Positions 1 to 10,459 of a stretch of DNA of 64,000 nt are shown in pieces. Under the pieces are notes generated by a model. It worked only from the letters and a program-made list of their open reading frames with translations, was not told where the DNA came from and searched no databases. Made by a program: the position numbers and the translations under genes. Location: contig OX638340.1 of NCBI GenBank assembly GCA_951812955.1, positions 1,888,001-1,952,000 on the forward strand, read 5' to 3'. This stretch comes from an uncultured Gemmatimonadota bacterium (GTDB lineage: Bacteria > JAAXHH01). Each line of letters begins with the position of its first letter. Positions within the stretch are counted from its first letter, which is position 1.

Positions 1-170
1 CGCTGGCGTCAGCAACGCTCTTGGCGATGTTCTGACTGTTAGACTCGTATTCCGCCGTCAGTTGTGTATCTACGGTGTATATGCACAGGGCCGAGGTGGA
101 GAGGACGATGACGCCGAAGAGCAGAAAGATCCCGAAACGGGTGCGCTGGAACAGTTTTTGTATTTTCATG

Positions 171-1550
171 TCAGGAAAGCCAGCTTTGCCAGTCGTCCAG
201 AGTAACGAACCGGCCCTCTTCTACGACGGTATAGTAGACGGTTTGCAGCCCCTGCCGGCGGTCAGGACCGAAGGAGACCCGCTCGCTGATCCCGAGATCG
301 TAGTTTTCGACCGAGAACACCGCATCCTCCAACCCGTCCCTTTCTGGATTTCCTCCCAGGCGCCGCAGGATCTCGGTCATCAGCTTGGCGTCCAGAAAAC
401 CCTCGAGACTGACGAAACTCTGCGGAAACGGGCTGTATGCCTCCTTGACGAGTTCCTCGGGAACTGCGGGATCATAGCGTTCCATCAGTTCGCGATATTC
501 CTGCACTGCGGGAATGGACGTGTCCTCGTAGCTCGGGACCACCTGGGAGTTGACGAGATAACGTGAGTAGGTCTCCACGTCCTCTCCCAGATCGCCGAGC
601 AATTGGAGCATGTTCTCGCTTCCCACGAATGAAAGGTTGGCGATGGGAACCCGCAGGTCGCGGTCGACGGCGTCGCGTGCGAAGGCCGCGCAGGCCGCGT
701 ACGACCCGATGCAGATGACGGCGTCCGGAGAATTCGCCTTGAGGATTTCCACCTGTTCCCGCATGCTGCCCGTGAATCGCTGGCCCCTGCGGTAGGTCGC
801 TTCGCCCGCGAGTCGTTCGCCGTGCCTGTCGAGTGCCGCCCGTACCCCGGCCCAGCCGCTTCTGCCGTAGGCATCCGCCTGGTAGAATACGCCGATTTTC
901 CTTTTGCCCGCGGCGAGGAAATTGTTCACGAGTCCGGCTGTCTCCTGCCGGTAGGAAGCCCGGAGGTTGAAGGCGAAATCACCATACGGCGGTTCCCGCT
1001 GGGGCTGGGCGCCGGTGAAAGGGAAGAAAAGGTAGACCTGCTCATCCTGGAACTTCTTCAGAAGAGGAAGCACGCGCGTTACGGTCGGCGTGCCCACGTA
1101 CCCGAAGAGCAGGAACACGTTGTCCTCGAGCATGAGATTCATGGTGTTCCGTACACAGGGATCCGGCTGGTACCCGTCGTCGTATAGCTTCAGGGTGATC
1201 TTGCGACCCGCTACACCTCCGTTGTCGTTGACGTAGTTGAAATACGCCATCGCCCCGCGGTACAACTCGCTTCCAAGGCCCCTGGAAGGACCCGAAAAGG
1301 CGGCCGACATGCCCAGGACGATTTCATCGTCCGTGGCGCCTTCAAAGCCGGTTTCGATTTCCTGTGCTGAGACCATGTTCGCTCCTCCCAGTACGGTATC
1401 GGCGCCCCTCCAGCCCGCGCCGGAAACCGCCAACAATCCCGCGAGGCCTCGGCGCAGCATGGTCCTTCGCGTTAACAACGGCAAAGGAGACTCGGGTTTT
1501 TTCCCGGATTGACCGTTACCGTCACGCACATTCATACGTTTCCTCGTCAT
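171..1550 (-). CDS. ABC transporter periplasmic solute-binding protein, branched-chain amino acid (LivK/Peripla_BP_6) type, with twin-arginine signal
   Basis: 459-aa ORF. N-terminus RRTMLRRGLAGLLAVSGAG is Tat-like. Body is typical of type-I periplasmic binding proteins for amino acids/amides. Exact start uncertain (several in-frame Met). Confidence 0.8.
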   Translation of the reverse strand: MTRKRMNVRDGNGQSGKKPESPLPLLTRRTMLRRGLAGLLAVSGAGWRGADTVLGGANMVSAQEIETGFEGATDDEIVLGMSAAFSGPSRGLGSELYRGAMAYFNYVNDNGGVAGRKITLKLYDDGYQPDPCVRNTMNLMLEDNVFLLFGYVGTPTVTRVLPLLKKFQDEQVYLFFPFTGAQPQREPPYGDFAFNLRASYRQETAGLVNNFLAAGKRKIGVFYQADAYGRSGWAGVRAALDRHGERLAGEATYRRGQRFTGSMREQVEILKANSPDAVICIGSYAACAAFARDAVDRDLRVPIANLSFVGSENMLQLLGDLGEDVETYSRYLVNSQVVPSYEDTSIPAVQEYRELMERYDPAVPEELVKEAYSPFPQSFVSLEGFLDAKLMTEILRRLGGNPERDGLEDAVFSVENYDLGISERVSFGPDRRQGLQTVYYTVVEEGRFVTLDDWQSWLS

Positions 1551-1834
1551 CTCATGAGCCGCAAATAGTCTGCCAACCGTAAATTACGGCAGTCTGTCAG
1601 CCACGACCTGGCTGAAATGTTGACTAAACCGGAAACCGCTGAATTGAAGTCTGATATTCGAAATGTAGTGATTGTTACCGCGTCAGATGCAGTTGTGTTG
1701 AATCAAAATGATAAAACCGGAACAACTTCGTTGCAAGGTATTTTTGTGTCCTTGCTCAAGGTCCCGCGGGACTTTGAGCCGCTTCAATATCGAATAGGAT
1801 ACGCAATATCTTCTTTGAAATTCAACCGGCGAAA

Positions 1835-3289
1835 TCAATCCTCTGCAGGGCCGTATCCGCTGTAAGGTTCCGGAAGACCCTTACTCGCCACATCTTCCAT
1901 CACATCGCAGAAGTAATCCAGCTCGGGCAACGTAGTGTACAGATTCGACGAGATACGGACCCACCGCCGGCTGGAGTCCGTCCTGTCGTAACGGCCCCGG
2001 GACGTCTGGATCTGATGTTCATCCCATAGATAGTCTCGCATCCCGGTCGGATCAACCCCATCAATCCCGACCCCGGCAATACAGCAACTCATTTCAGGGG
2101 CCGTCGGCGTGTATACTTGAATCCTCGGATGCGTCTGAAGCCGTTCCGCCCAGTGGTTCTTCAGATACCGGAGCCGTTCTTCCTTGCGTTTCGATCCAAT
2201 GGCGTTGTGGAAGGCGAGGGCTTCGCCGATGGCAAGAAACGGCGCATGGGACAGGGTTCCGACGGACTCGTATTTCAGCATGCTTGTTCTGGGGTTGTAA
2301 CGGCGGCTCCTGGCCGGACCGTACAACGGCTCTATCTTCTCAACGTGATCGCGTTTCATGTAAAGCATCCCGGTCCCTTTCGGCGCGCTGAGCCACTTGT
2401 GCAGACTCGTACCGTAATAATCGCAACCCAGTTCCGAGACCTTGAAGTCTAGTTGGCCGACCGCATGGGCGCCGTCCACGACGACTTCGATACCGTACCG
2501 GTGCGCCAGGTCGCAGATACGCCGGACCGGGAACACCTGTCCGGTGGTATAGGTGATGTGGGACACGAGGATCAATCGCGTCTTCGGTGTGATGGCGCGC
2601 TCGAAGATCCCCACCAGGTCGTCCAGCGACTGTGCGGGCAGCGGCACCGGCGCCTGAACCAGCTTGATCCCCTCCTGCTTTTCCCGGTTCCTCAAGGCGC
2701 TCACCATGGAAGAGTAATCATGCGTCGTGGTAAGTACCTCGTCTCCCGGGTTCAGGGGAATGCCGTACAGGACCGTCTTGAGCGCCTCGGTCGTATTGCG
2801 TACGAGGGCGATTTCATCGGGACTGCTCCCGAAGAGGCGCGCCAGGGACCTCTTCACGGTACTCTCCTGGTCTCTGGCCTTTTGAACGTACAGGCCGTAC
2901 GGTCCCTGTTCCTGTTCCCATATGTACCGCACAACCGCTTCCGTGACGACGCGGGGCGACGGGCAGGTATAGCCGTTGTCCAGGTTGATCAGGCTTCGGT
3001 TCACGGTAAAGGCCTGCTTGACTTCGCTCCAGAGCCCTTCGTCACGGGCGGCCTGCTGCGGCGTCAGGTCCGAGATTTCGCTTACCGCCGCCTCGACTCC
3101 CCGGAACGAAGCGGGACCGAGGAACGTTGCCAGCCCTGCGGTCATGCCGGCGGTTTTCAGGAAGTGACGCCGTTCCATGGCATTCGGGCGTTCCACGGGA
3201 CGGTCGTTTTCTTCGAGACGGTCGTTTTCTTCGTTTTGCGGTCTCATCGTGCTTCTCCTTTTCCGGGCCGTTTCTGCCATCCCGGTCAT
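1835..3289 (-). CDS. PLP-dependent aminotransferase class V-fold enzyme (cysteine desulfurase / isopenicillin-N-epimerase-like), Tat signal
   Basis: 484-aa ORF. MERRHFLKTAGMTAGLATF twin-arginine motif at residue 38 (alternative start ~3178). Conserved SLHKWL PLP-lysine region and class-V fold signature. Confidence 0.75.
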   Translation of the reverse strand: MTGMAETARKRRSTMRPQNEENDRLEENDRPVERPNAMERRHFLKTAGMTAGLATFLGPASFRGVEAAVSEISDLTPQQAARDEGLWSEVKQAFTVNRSLINLDNGYTCPSPRVVTEAVVRYIWEQEQGPYGLYVQKARDQESTVKRSLARLFGSSPDEIALVRNTTEALKTVLYGIPLNPGDEVLTTTHDYSSMVSALRNREKQEGIKLVQAPVPLPAQSLDDLVGIFERAITPKTRLILVSHITYTTGQVFPVRRICDLAHRYGIEVVVDGAHAVGQLDFKVSELGCDYYGTSLHKWLSAPKGTGMLYMKRDHVEKIEPLYGPARSRRYNPRTSMLKYESVGTLSHAPFLAIGEALAFHNAIGSKRKEERLRYLKNHWAERLQTHPRIQVYTPTAPEMSCCIAGVGIDGVDPTGMRDYLWDEHQIQTSRGRYDRTDSSRRWVRISSNLYTTLPELDYFCDVMEDVASKGLPEPYSGYGPAED

Positions 3290-3570
3290 CCAATGAGGTA
3301 TTCAGCGAAATGAGTGCTACTGACTCAATGAAAAGTGTCCTTGACTCGCATCCTACTGTTTTTAAACTGATGACATCGGACCCGCTCGACGGATAGAAGA
3401 ACCGGGAAACCCGCTTCCCCTTACCTTTTTACACCGTGACCCCATATAAACTTGTGAAAAACATGGCTTCAAGCGCAGCATCCCGTCAGGTCAACGTTTA
3501 CACCGATTTCATTAACGACGAATCGAAGTGATCTGCCCGTCCAGATGTTAACCAGGAAAGAGAATCATCC

Positions 3571-4254
3571 ATGAACCCAAGCCTGCGACAGAGCATGAAC
3601 GAGTATTACGATGAACGAGCGGCCGAGTTCGACGAGATCTACACACTGGGCAAGCCGCCTGGTACGGTCACAGATCCGGAGCTATACAAAAAAGAGGCCC
3701 GGTCGCTGGCGCATCTCGTCCGGGTACACTGTCGCGGCAGCATCCTCGATATTCCCTGCGGAACGGGCTACTGGCTTCAGTTCTACGCCGCAAACTGTTC
3801 GGCGATCACGCTCGTGGACCAGTCGGAGAACATGCTGCGGGAAGGAAGAGAAAAAGCGCGCAAGCATGGCGTCGAGCCAATCACCACGTTCGTGGAGGCC
3901 GATGCCCTTGAAGTGCCGTTGGAAGACCGGTCATTCGATACCGTCCTGGTGGGCTTCTTCCTCAGTCACGTCACGGATAGCCAGATTGCGCTGTTTTTCA
4001 ATACACTGCGAAACCTGCTGAAACCGGACGGCCGCATGCTCATCCTGGACTCCAACTGGACCCGCTACCGCGGATCACGGCCCAAGGAAGGGACCACGTT
4101 GCGTACGCTCAATGACGGACGTAAATTCGAGATCTACAAGCGGTACTTTGAAGGGACCGATTTCGACCGGATGTCGGAGACCTGCGGAATGGATTTCACC
4201 GTGCGGCACGACGGCAAGCTTTACCTCGGCGTCACAGGCACGCTGCGTGATTGA
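3571..4254 (+). CDS. class I SAM-dependent methyltransferase
   Basis: 227 aa. Motif I ILDIPCGTGYW, post-I acidic residue, motif II/III spacing. ATG preceded by GGAAAGAG RBS. Confidence 0.8.
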   Translation: MNPSLRQSMNEYYDERAAEFDEIYTLGKPPGTVTDPELYKKEARSLAHLVRVHCRGSILDIPCGTGYWLQFYAANCSAITLVDQSENMLREGREKARKHGVEPITTFVEADALEVPLEDRSFDTVLVGFFLSHVTDSQIALFFNTLRNLLKPDGRMLILDSNWTRYRGSRPKEGTTLRTLNDGRKFEIYKRYFEGTDFDRMSETCGMDFTVRHDGKLYLGVTGTLRD

Positions 4255-4262
4255 ATCAGATT

Positions 4263-4973
4263 ATGCGAATCAAGCCAGTACCTGAAAAGCTGAAACCGGA
4301 GAACCTGAATCGGGCAACCATCGCCTATTACAACCTGCGGCAGGTTCATGGCGACATGCCTCACAGGATCCCAAGGGGGCCCTCGCCTGATCTGCCTGAC
4401 GAACAAGCCAGGATGATCCGGGAATCTCGGGAGGCCATGCGGGGCCGAAGGGTACTCGAGGTAGCGAGCGGTACGGGATCGGCGTCCAGGGAAATCGCGG
4501 TGACCGCAGTGTCTGTCACGGGCGTGGAGATCGCTTCCAATATGTTGAGCATCGCTAAAGAAAGCGATAACCCGTCCAACGTAAGTTACCTGGCTGGCGA
4601 CGCATTCGACCTTGAATCCATAGCGTCAGGTGAGCGCTTCGACGGTGGATTCGCATCTGGGTTTATGCACACCTGTCCTTCCTCGAGGTATTTGGAATTC
4701 CTGGATGGTTTTCACGGGCGGCTCGAGAAGGGCTCTACCGTATTCATGCGGTCGTCCAGACCGACAAGTCCTGATGCGGTAAGCAGGCTTTTCCGGGTTG
4801 AAGGTCACGCGGACCAGTTCATGACACGGCAGTTGTCCGATGGCTCCGAATATGTCATGGTCGAGAACGATCCGACCGAAGACGAACTCAGGCGCATATT
4901 CGAACCCCTGTCGAAGAACCTCATGGTGCATATCGGAAACTACTGGTGGTGGATCAGGTACGAACTGCCCTGA
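4263..4973 (+). CDS. class I SAM-dependent methyltransferase (second, tandem)
   Basis: Motif VLEVASGTGSAS. ORF begins at a TTG at 4251 overlapping the upstream stop; first ATG is 4263. Confidence 0.65.
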   Translation: MRIKPVPEKLKPENLNRATIAYYNLRQVHGDMPHRIPRGPSPDLPDEQARMIRESREAMRGRRVLEVASGTGSASREIAVTAVSVTGVEIASNMLSIAKESDNPSNVSYLAGDAFDLESIASGERFDGGFASGFMHTCPSSRYLEFLDGFHGRLEKGSTVFMRSSRPTSPDAVSRLFRVEGHADQFMTRQLSDGSEYVMVENDPTEDELRRIFEPLSKNLMVHIGNYWWWIRYELP

Positions 4974-4982
4974 GGCGGCTTC

Positions 4983-5864
4983 ATGCATGAGATCGTGCAA
5001 CATGATCACGCGCAAGATCTCCTCACGCTTTCCGGACCCTGCCTGGAATCACGCGAGAGCGAGAACAACCTGCCTCTGGGCCTTGCGCATACGCTGGCCA
5101 GGGATCCCCGGTACTTCGGCGATGATCCACCACTGCTCCTGAGCATACTGGAAAACGGCATTCCCGTCGGCGTAGCGGTCAGGACGCCGCCGCGTAAAAT
5201 CGTCCTGAGCCGATTCGATGCCGAAATCGAAGCGGCCGTGAACCGGCTAGTCAAACACCTGCGCAGCAATCCAATGATGGTTCCCGGCATCGTCGGACCG
5301 GAACGGGAATCACAGTGTTTCGCGGACCGCTGGTCGGAAGCCATTCCCGGACTTGCCGCAACGATTTCCACTCGGTTGCGGGTATTCGAGGCGCGCAGAA
5401 TTGTCGACGTGCCTCTTGCGCCGGGCTGCCTGCGCCGGGCCGGGATGGAGGACCTTCCGTTAATGTCCGAGTGGATCGAGGGCTTCGCCCGGGAAGCGTT
5501 AGGAGAAAAATCCGATCCCGGCAAGGCGCTGGACAAAGCGGAGAAATACATTGAAGAAAGGAATCTGTTCGTCTGGGACCATGGGGGACCGGTATCGATT
5601 GCCAGGGAATCCCGGCCCATGAAGCACGGCACGGTGATCTCGCTGGTGTACACGCCACCGGAACGCCGCGATCGGGGCTACGCGACTTCGTGCGTATACC
5701 GGTTGACGAAGAAACTGCTTGCGGGACGGTATCAGTTCTGTAGCCTGTTTACCGATCTGGCGAATCCGACCTCCAACCACATCTATCCGAGGGTCGGTTA
5801 CGTACCCTTAGGCGATACTTTGGAATTCGATTTTGATCACGCGGCAGGACCTACCGAACGCTGA
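4983..5864 (+). CDS. GNAT-family acetyltransferase-like protein (two-lobed)
   Basis: 293 aa. C-terminal FCSLFTDLANPTSNHIYPRVGYVP resembles the GNAT motif A/B acetyl-CoA region. N-terminal half may be a degenerate second GNAT lobe. Confidence 0.5.
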   Translation: MHEIVQHDHAQDLLTLSGPCLESRESENNLPLGLAHTLARDPRYFGDDPPLLLSILENGIPVGVAVRTPPRKIVLSRFDAEIEAAVNRLVKHLRSNPMMVPGIVGPERESQCFADRWSEAIPGLAATISTRLRVFEARRIVDVPLAPGCLRRAGMEDLPLMSEWIEGFAREALGEKSDPGKALDKAEKYIEERNLFVWDHGGPVSIARESRPMKHGTVISLVYTPPERRDRGYATSCVYRLTKKLLAGRYQFCSLFTDLANPTSNHIYPRVGYVPLGDTLEFDFDHAAGPTER

Positions 5865-5950
5865 CCCTGTGCCTGCATCGCGCCATTTAGCGCCACAAAA
5901 CGAGCGTCTACCGCACGGCGAAGATCACTGAGTTCATAGGAGTACTGGTT

Positions 5951-6787
5951 ATGGGATATCAACTAAATGAGCAGCAACTCGCTTTCTTTGACACCTTCGG
6001 ATACCTGGGGTTTCCAGGTCTGCTTGATGATCGTATCGACGAGATCATCAACGACTTCGAGGAGGTCTGGGCAAGTCGCGGGGGCGGCCATCACGGGCGG
6101 CCCCATGACGGTAAGGAGCGCTCCTGTATTGTACCGTTCATTGACCAGCAAGAACGGCTTTCCAGCCTGCTGGACGACGACCGGATCAGGGGCATCGCGA
6201 CCAGTCTGTTGGGCGATGACTTCAACTATATGGGCAGCGATGGCAACTACTACGCTGGAGATACCCGGTGGCACTCCGATGGATGGCACCCTGAAACACT
6301 GCACATAAAGATCGCCTTTTACCTGGACGAATTAACACGGGACACCGGCTGTCTGCGGGTCATTCCCGGCAGCCACAAGCGGGATGACGCCTATGCGGAT
6401 TCACTGCAGCAGCATGTCGGAGAGAGTTCGTCCGTGTGGGATACGGACCCGCGGGATGTGCCTGCGATGGCGCTGGAGACCCGTCCGGGCGACATCGTCT
6501 GTTTCAATCACAATACCAAGCACGCCTCATTCGGCGGCGGCGGGCACCGGCGCATGTTTACCATGAACCTGTGTCAGCGCTATCCCGAGCATCGCCTCCA
6601 GGAACTGCGCGATTACATCAGCGGCGGAGCCCGTTTCTGGTTGGACGAAGCATACGGTGAGGCGATGATCCGCACCGCTACTCCGGATCGCAAGCGTCAC
6701 CTGGAGCAGGTCATGGCCAACGACGATCACTTGCCGGAGTTGAGCCGCCAGGCCAGGGAAAGCATGAGCGAACCGTCAAGGGGCTGA
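5951..6787 (+). CDS. phytanoyl-CoA dioxygenase (PhyH) family Fe(II)/2-oxoglutarate oxygenase
   Basis: 278 aa. WHSDG (HxD) and distal His (NHNTKHAS) facial-triad spacing typical of PhyH. Confidence 0.75.
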   Translation: MGYQLNEQQLAFFDTFGYLGFPGLLDDRIDEIINDFEEVWASRGGGHHGRPHDGKERSCIVPFIDQQERLSSLLDDDRIRGIATSLLGDDFNYMGSDGNYYAGDTRWHSDGWHPETLHIKIAFYLDELTRDTGCLRVIPGSHKRDDAYADSLQQHVGESSSVWDTDPRDVPAMALETRPGDIVCFNHNTKHASFGGGGHRRMFTMNLCQRYPEHRLQELRDYISGGARFWLDEAYGEAMIRTATPDRKRHLEQVMANDDHLPELSRQARESMSEPSRG

Positions 6788-6877
6788 TCTCGCAGCTCGT
6801 TCGTCGACTAACCAGTTAGAATGAACGGCCAGTATACGTGGCGGTACACTGGGTATTCGTTGCGCGCACGCCTCAGT

Positions 6878-7735
6878 TCAGGTCATCTTCCATTTCGTGT
6901 CGGGAATATCGCCGTGCTGGACGCGCCGCTCCAGTATGGGCGTCTGACGCAACTCGCGAATCAGTTCGATCAGGCCGTTGATGGCGGCCTCCAGGAACTT
7001 TTCTCCCTTCTCTTTCGTCGCTTTGGTGGCATCCCCCATGACCCCGCTGGGCGATATCGAACTCCAGTAGGGCACCATGCGGGCGTCGGATCCCTCGGGA
7101 TGCCCGCTGGCCAGGAGATCGGTCTTAAAACTGTTTGGCAGGGGACTCCTGTTGTCCACAGCCTTGTCCATTTCAACCAGATCGGGCTTGAGGGCAAGGT
7201 ATAGAGACGTCTCGTATTCCCCTCCATGAGACGTGCCGCCATAGTCCGAGTCGCGTAACGCCTTGCCCACCTCCCTTGCCTGCCTCAGTCCCCAGTGGTT
7301 GGCGCTGGCGCACAGTATCTTCCCTTCGAAATCGATGACGGTAAGGCGGGCGGCCAGGTCGAGGGGCGAGGTGTTGCTTCCGTGGCCGTTGATGATCAGG
7401 ATGCGCTTGAAGCCGTGATAGGCCAAACTGCTGCACACGTCCCGGACGTAGTTGATGAAGGTGTCCCACCGAATGGTGATCGTCCCGTGGAAATCCATGT
7501 GATGGGGACTGTAACCGTGGGTCACCGGAGGGGCGAGCACGACCTCCTCCGGTATGCGTGCCGCGGCCCGCCGGCAGATCTCCGTCGCCAGGACCACGTC
7601 CACGTCCACGGGCAGATGGGGACCGTGGTCCTCGTAGGTCGCCACCGGGAGGAGTGCGACCCGGTCCTGGGCGGCCGCGTCCCTTATCTCGTTCCAGATC
7701 ATCTCCGAGTAGTCGTACTTGACCGACGCCATCAA
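6878..7735 (-). CDS. creatininase-family amidohydrolase
   Basis: 285 aa. Hallmark EDHGPHLP and INGHGSN metal-binding motifs of the creatinine amidohydrolase family. Confidence 0.8.
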   Translation of the reverse strand: MMASVKYDYSEMIWNEIRDAAAQDRVALLPVATYEDHGPHLPVDVDVVLATEICRRAAARIPEEVVLAPPVTHGYSPHHMDFHGTITIRWDTFINYVRDVCSSLAYHGFKRILIINGHGSNTSPLDLAARLTVIDFEGKILCASANHWGLRQAREVGKALRDSDYGGTSHGGEYETSLYLALKPDLVEMDKAVDNRSPLPNSFKTDLLASGHPEGSDARMVPYWSSISPSGVMGDATKATKEKGEKFLEAAINGLIELIRELRQTPILERRVQHGDIPDTKWKMT

Positions 7736-7815
7736 GGCCTCCTTTTCACTGGTTCTTTCACCTTTACGGGTTCAGGTTATACTACCGTTACGCTTGCTTG
7801 TACATGCTTTTCATA

Positions 7816-9063
7816 TCAGATCAACTCCATGTATTTCAGCGACTTGCGGTATAGATCCAACGTCTCGTCGTATTGGGCGTGACGACCCTCGGCAACGATC
7901 TGTTTTCCCGCGACCGAGACGGATCTCACCGCCCGCGGCGTGGCGCCGAAGAGGATGGCGTCAGGAGCGTGATCGGGATCCATGGCAGCAATGGATGGAT
8001 CGTCGGGATCCAGGTGGACATGATCATCCCGCCAGGATTCATCCAGACCGCAGGCCGCGTATCCCAGTCTCGTAGCCGCGTCAAGCAGCACCTGCGCCTC
8101 AGCCACTGTATGCCGCTTCTCCAGCCGTGACCGCTCGTCCAGCTCCACGGCCCGGATTTCCTCGAAGGCGTTCTCGCATGAGTGGCTGTCCACGCCCACG
8201 CAGAGGTGGGTTCCGGCCCTGAGCAGCTCGGCCGCGGGCGGGAGCCCATCGCCGAGATCTCTTTCCGTGGTACGACAGATGCACACCATGCACTTGTAGT
8301 CTCCCAGCGCTTCGATTTCACCTTCATCGAGATGCGTGGCGTGCACGGCCACGAACCGCGGGGACAAGACACCTTCATTGGTAAGTAACGCGACGGGCGT
8401 GGTCCCGTATTCAGACCTGCATGCTGCAAGCTCGGCCCGTTGTTCGCAGACGTGCATGTGGTATGGAAGTTCATGTTCTTCGGCGTAGGCCGACAGAATG
8501 CGGATATCGGGGAGGGGCACGGCCCGAATGCTGTGGGCGGCCACGGCCACGGAGACGTCGGAATCATCCGCGTAGCGCGATCTCAGCACATCGAGATCCC
8601 TTAACACGTCATCGATCGACGGGTCGATGAACCGTTTCTGCGCCGGTACCGCGGACCGCCGGTAACCTGCTCTCAGGTAGGCGGTACGGATCAGGCAGAT
8701 ACGCAGGCCGACATCCCTGGCAGCACGCACGACTGCATCCGCCAGTTCGGTGCGGTCTGCATAGGGACGCCCCCCGGGACCATGATGCACGTAATGGAAC
8801 TCACCGACGGCCGTAACCCCGGACATCGCAAGTTCGGTATAGGCGAACCGCGCGATCGCGTACAGGTCATCCGGTCGGAGCCTTTCGACCAACCGGTACA
8901 TCTCGTCCCGCCAGCCCCAGAACGTGCCCGCGCGGGTCGCGCGGCGCTGGGTCCGCCCACGAAGCGCACGCTGGAAAGCGTGGGAATGGGCCGTAGCGAG
9001 ACCGGGCATGACCCAGTGGCCTTCTTCGTATTGAACGGAAGGCAGGTTATTCCCGGAATTCAT
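7816..9063 (-). CDS. hutF: formimidoylglutamate deiminase (HutF-like amidohydrolase)
   Basis: 415 aa. HSHAFQR and FHYVHH metal-ligand motifs. Start overlaps hutI stop by 4 nt. N-terminus ~35 aa shorter than classical HutF. Confidence 0.65.
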   Translation of the reverse strand: MNSGNNLPSVQYEEGHWVMPGLATAHSHAFQRALRGRTQRRATRAGTFWGWRDEMYRLVERLRPDDLYAIARFAYTELAMSGVTAVGEFHYVHHGPGGRPYADRTELADAVVRAARDVGLRICLIRTAYLRAGYRRSAVPAQKRFIDPSIDDVLRDLDVLRSRYADDSDVSVAVAAHSIRAVPLPDIRILSAYAEEHELPYHMHVCEQRAELAACRSEYGTTPVALLTNEGVLSPRFVAVHATHLDEGEIEALGDYKCMVCICRTTERDLGDGLPPAAELLRAGTHLCVGVDSHSCENAFEEIRAVELDERSRLEKRHTVAEAQVLLDAATRLGYAACGLDESWRDDHVHLDPDDPSIAAMDPDHAPDAILFGATPRAVRSVSVAGKQIVAEGRHAQYDETLDLYRKSLKYMELI

Positions 9064-10343
9064 GGGTTCAACACCTGCCCGTTCTTGATCACGGTATGCA
9101 CCGGGTTTCCGCCAAAGAAATAGGGTATGTGGCGGTAATCGGCCTCGTTCAGAATCAGTATATCGGCCCGCTTGCCGACTTCAATGGAACCGGTCCGGTC
9201 CCCCTGGCCGATGGCGAAAGCCGCGTTGATGGTGGATGCGTTCAGCGCTTCCGCGGGGGTGAACCGCTGGTACCTGCAGGCTATGGCCATGACCGTGGGC
9301 ATGGATGGACAGGGTGCCGAACCGGGATTGAGGTCGGTGGCGAGGGCTACGACGGCGCCGGCTTCCATCATTGCCCGCCCATCGGCGTAATCTGCCATAC
9401 CTAGGTTGAAGTTCACCGCCGGTAGCAGGACGGCGATCGTGTCCGAGCGGGCCAGCGATTCGATCGCCTCCCGGCCCGTCACATCGAGGTGGTCCACCGA
9501 GGCGGCGCCGAGTTCCATGGCCATGGCGACTCCGCCGAAATCGTTGAACTGGTCCACGTGCATCTTCGCTTTCAAACCGGCATCAATCCCGGCCTCCAGC
9601 ACCCGCCGGGACTGGGCGAGATCGAATGCGTGGTCTTCGCAGAACACGTCGACGTGCAAGGGAACTTCGCGATCCGAGAAGCGCGAGGACTGGTACCAGG
9701 CCGCCGCTTCCGGCAGGATCTTCTCGATCACGCACCGTGTATACGCTTCGGAATCTCCCTCGAATTCCGGTGGCACCGCGTGAGCGCCCAAAAAAGTGGG
9801 CACGATGTCGCAGGGATGGTCCCGGTCTAGCTGTTCGATGACACGCAGCATCTTCAGTTCGTCGGGAGCGCTCAGACCGTAACCGGTCTTGATCTCCACG
9901 GTCGTTGTGCCCAGTGCGAGCATCTCGTCGAGACGGGTGGAAGCGGACGATACGAGTTCGTCCACGGTTGCGGCCCGCGTGTACCGGACCGTATTCACAA
10001 TTCCCCCGCCTGCAGCCATGATCTCCAGGTAGGAAGCCCCCTTGATCCGCATCTCGAATTCCGCGGCGCGGGCTCCGCCGAAGACCGTGTGGGTGTGGGC
10101 GTCTACGAAACCGGGACAGAGGGATCTCCCACGGCAATCTATCGTGCGCTTGCCCGCGTACCTGCCATCCAGGTCCTCGGCCGGTCCGACCGCCGCGATC
10201 ACCCCGGCCTCTACCGCCACCGACCCGTGCTCGATCATGTGCACCGAGGCCATGTCCGAACCGCGCCGAGGTGTCCCGGGCGACCGTGGCGTGCAGGTCA
10301 CGACCTGATCCGCGTTGTGGAGGTAAAGATCGACGGGTTTCAT
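9060..10343 (-). CDS. hutI: imidazolonepropionase
   Basis: 427 aa. Amidohydrolase with DAHTH motif. Global similarity to HutI, in hut context. Confidence 0.85.
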   Translation of the reverse strand: MKPVDLYLHNADQVVTCTPRSPGTPRRGSDMASVHMIEHGSVAVEAGVIAAVGPAEDLDGRYAGKRTIDCRGRSLCPGFVDAHTHTVFGGARAAEFEMRIKGASYLEIMAAGGGIVNTVRYTRAATVDELVSSASTRLDEMLALGTTTVEIKTGYGLSAPDELKMLRVIEQLDRDHPCDIVPTFLGAHAVPPEFEGDSEAYTRCVIEKILPEAAAWYQSSRFSDREVPLHVDVFCEDHAFDLAQSRRVLEAGIDAGLKAKMHVDQFNDFGGVAMAMELGAASVDHLDVTGREAIESLARSDTIAVLLPAVNFNLGMADYADGRAMMEAGAVVALATDLNPGSAPCPSMPTVMAIACRYQRFTPAEALNASTINAAFAIGQGDRTGSIEVGKRADILILNEADYRHIPYFFGGNPVHTVIKNGQVLNP

Positions 10344-10459
10344 ATGCCCGCTCGATGAAAGATGGGTGGTCTTGTCGGTCTCGGAGGTTTCATTGCGGCG
10401 CCGGCGTTAAAATGTCAAAAGAAAGGGCCCGAAGCTCGTTGCCCAACTTGCGGTACGTC

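Noticed and set aside
1617-1865. 82-aa ORF in an AT-rich (~42% GC) spacer between the binding-protein and aminotransferase genes
   Set aside because: No RBS or recognisable motif. More likely a regulatory/AT-rich intergenic region. Could hide a small RNA, but there is no structural evidence.
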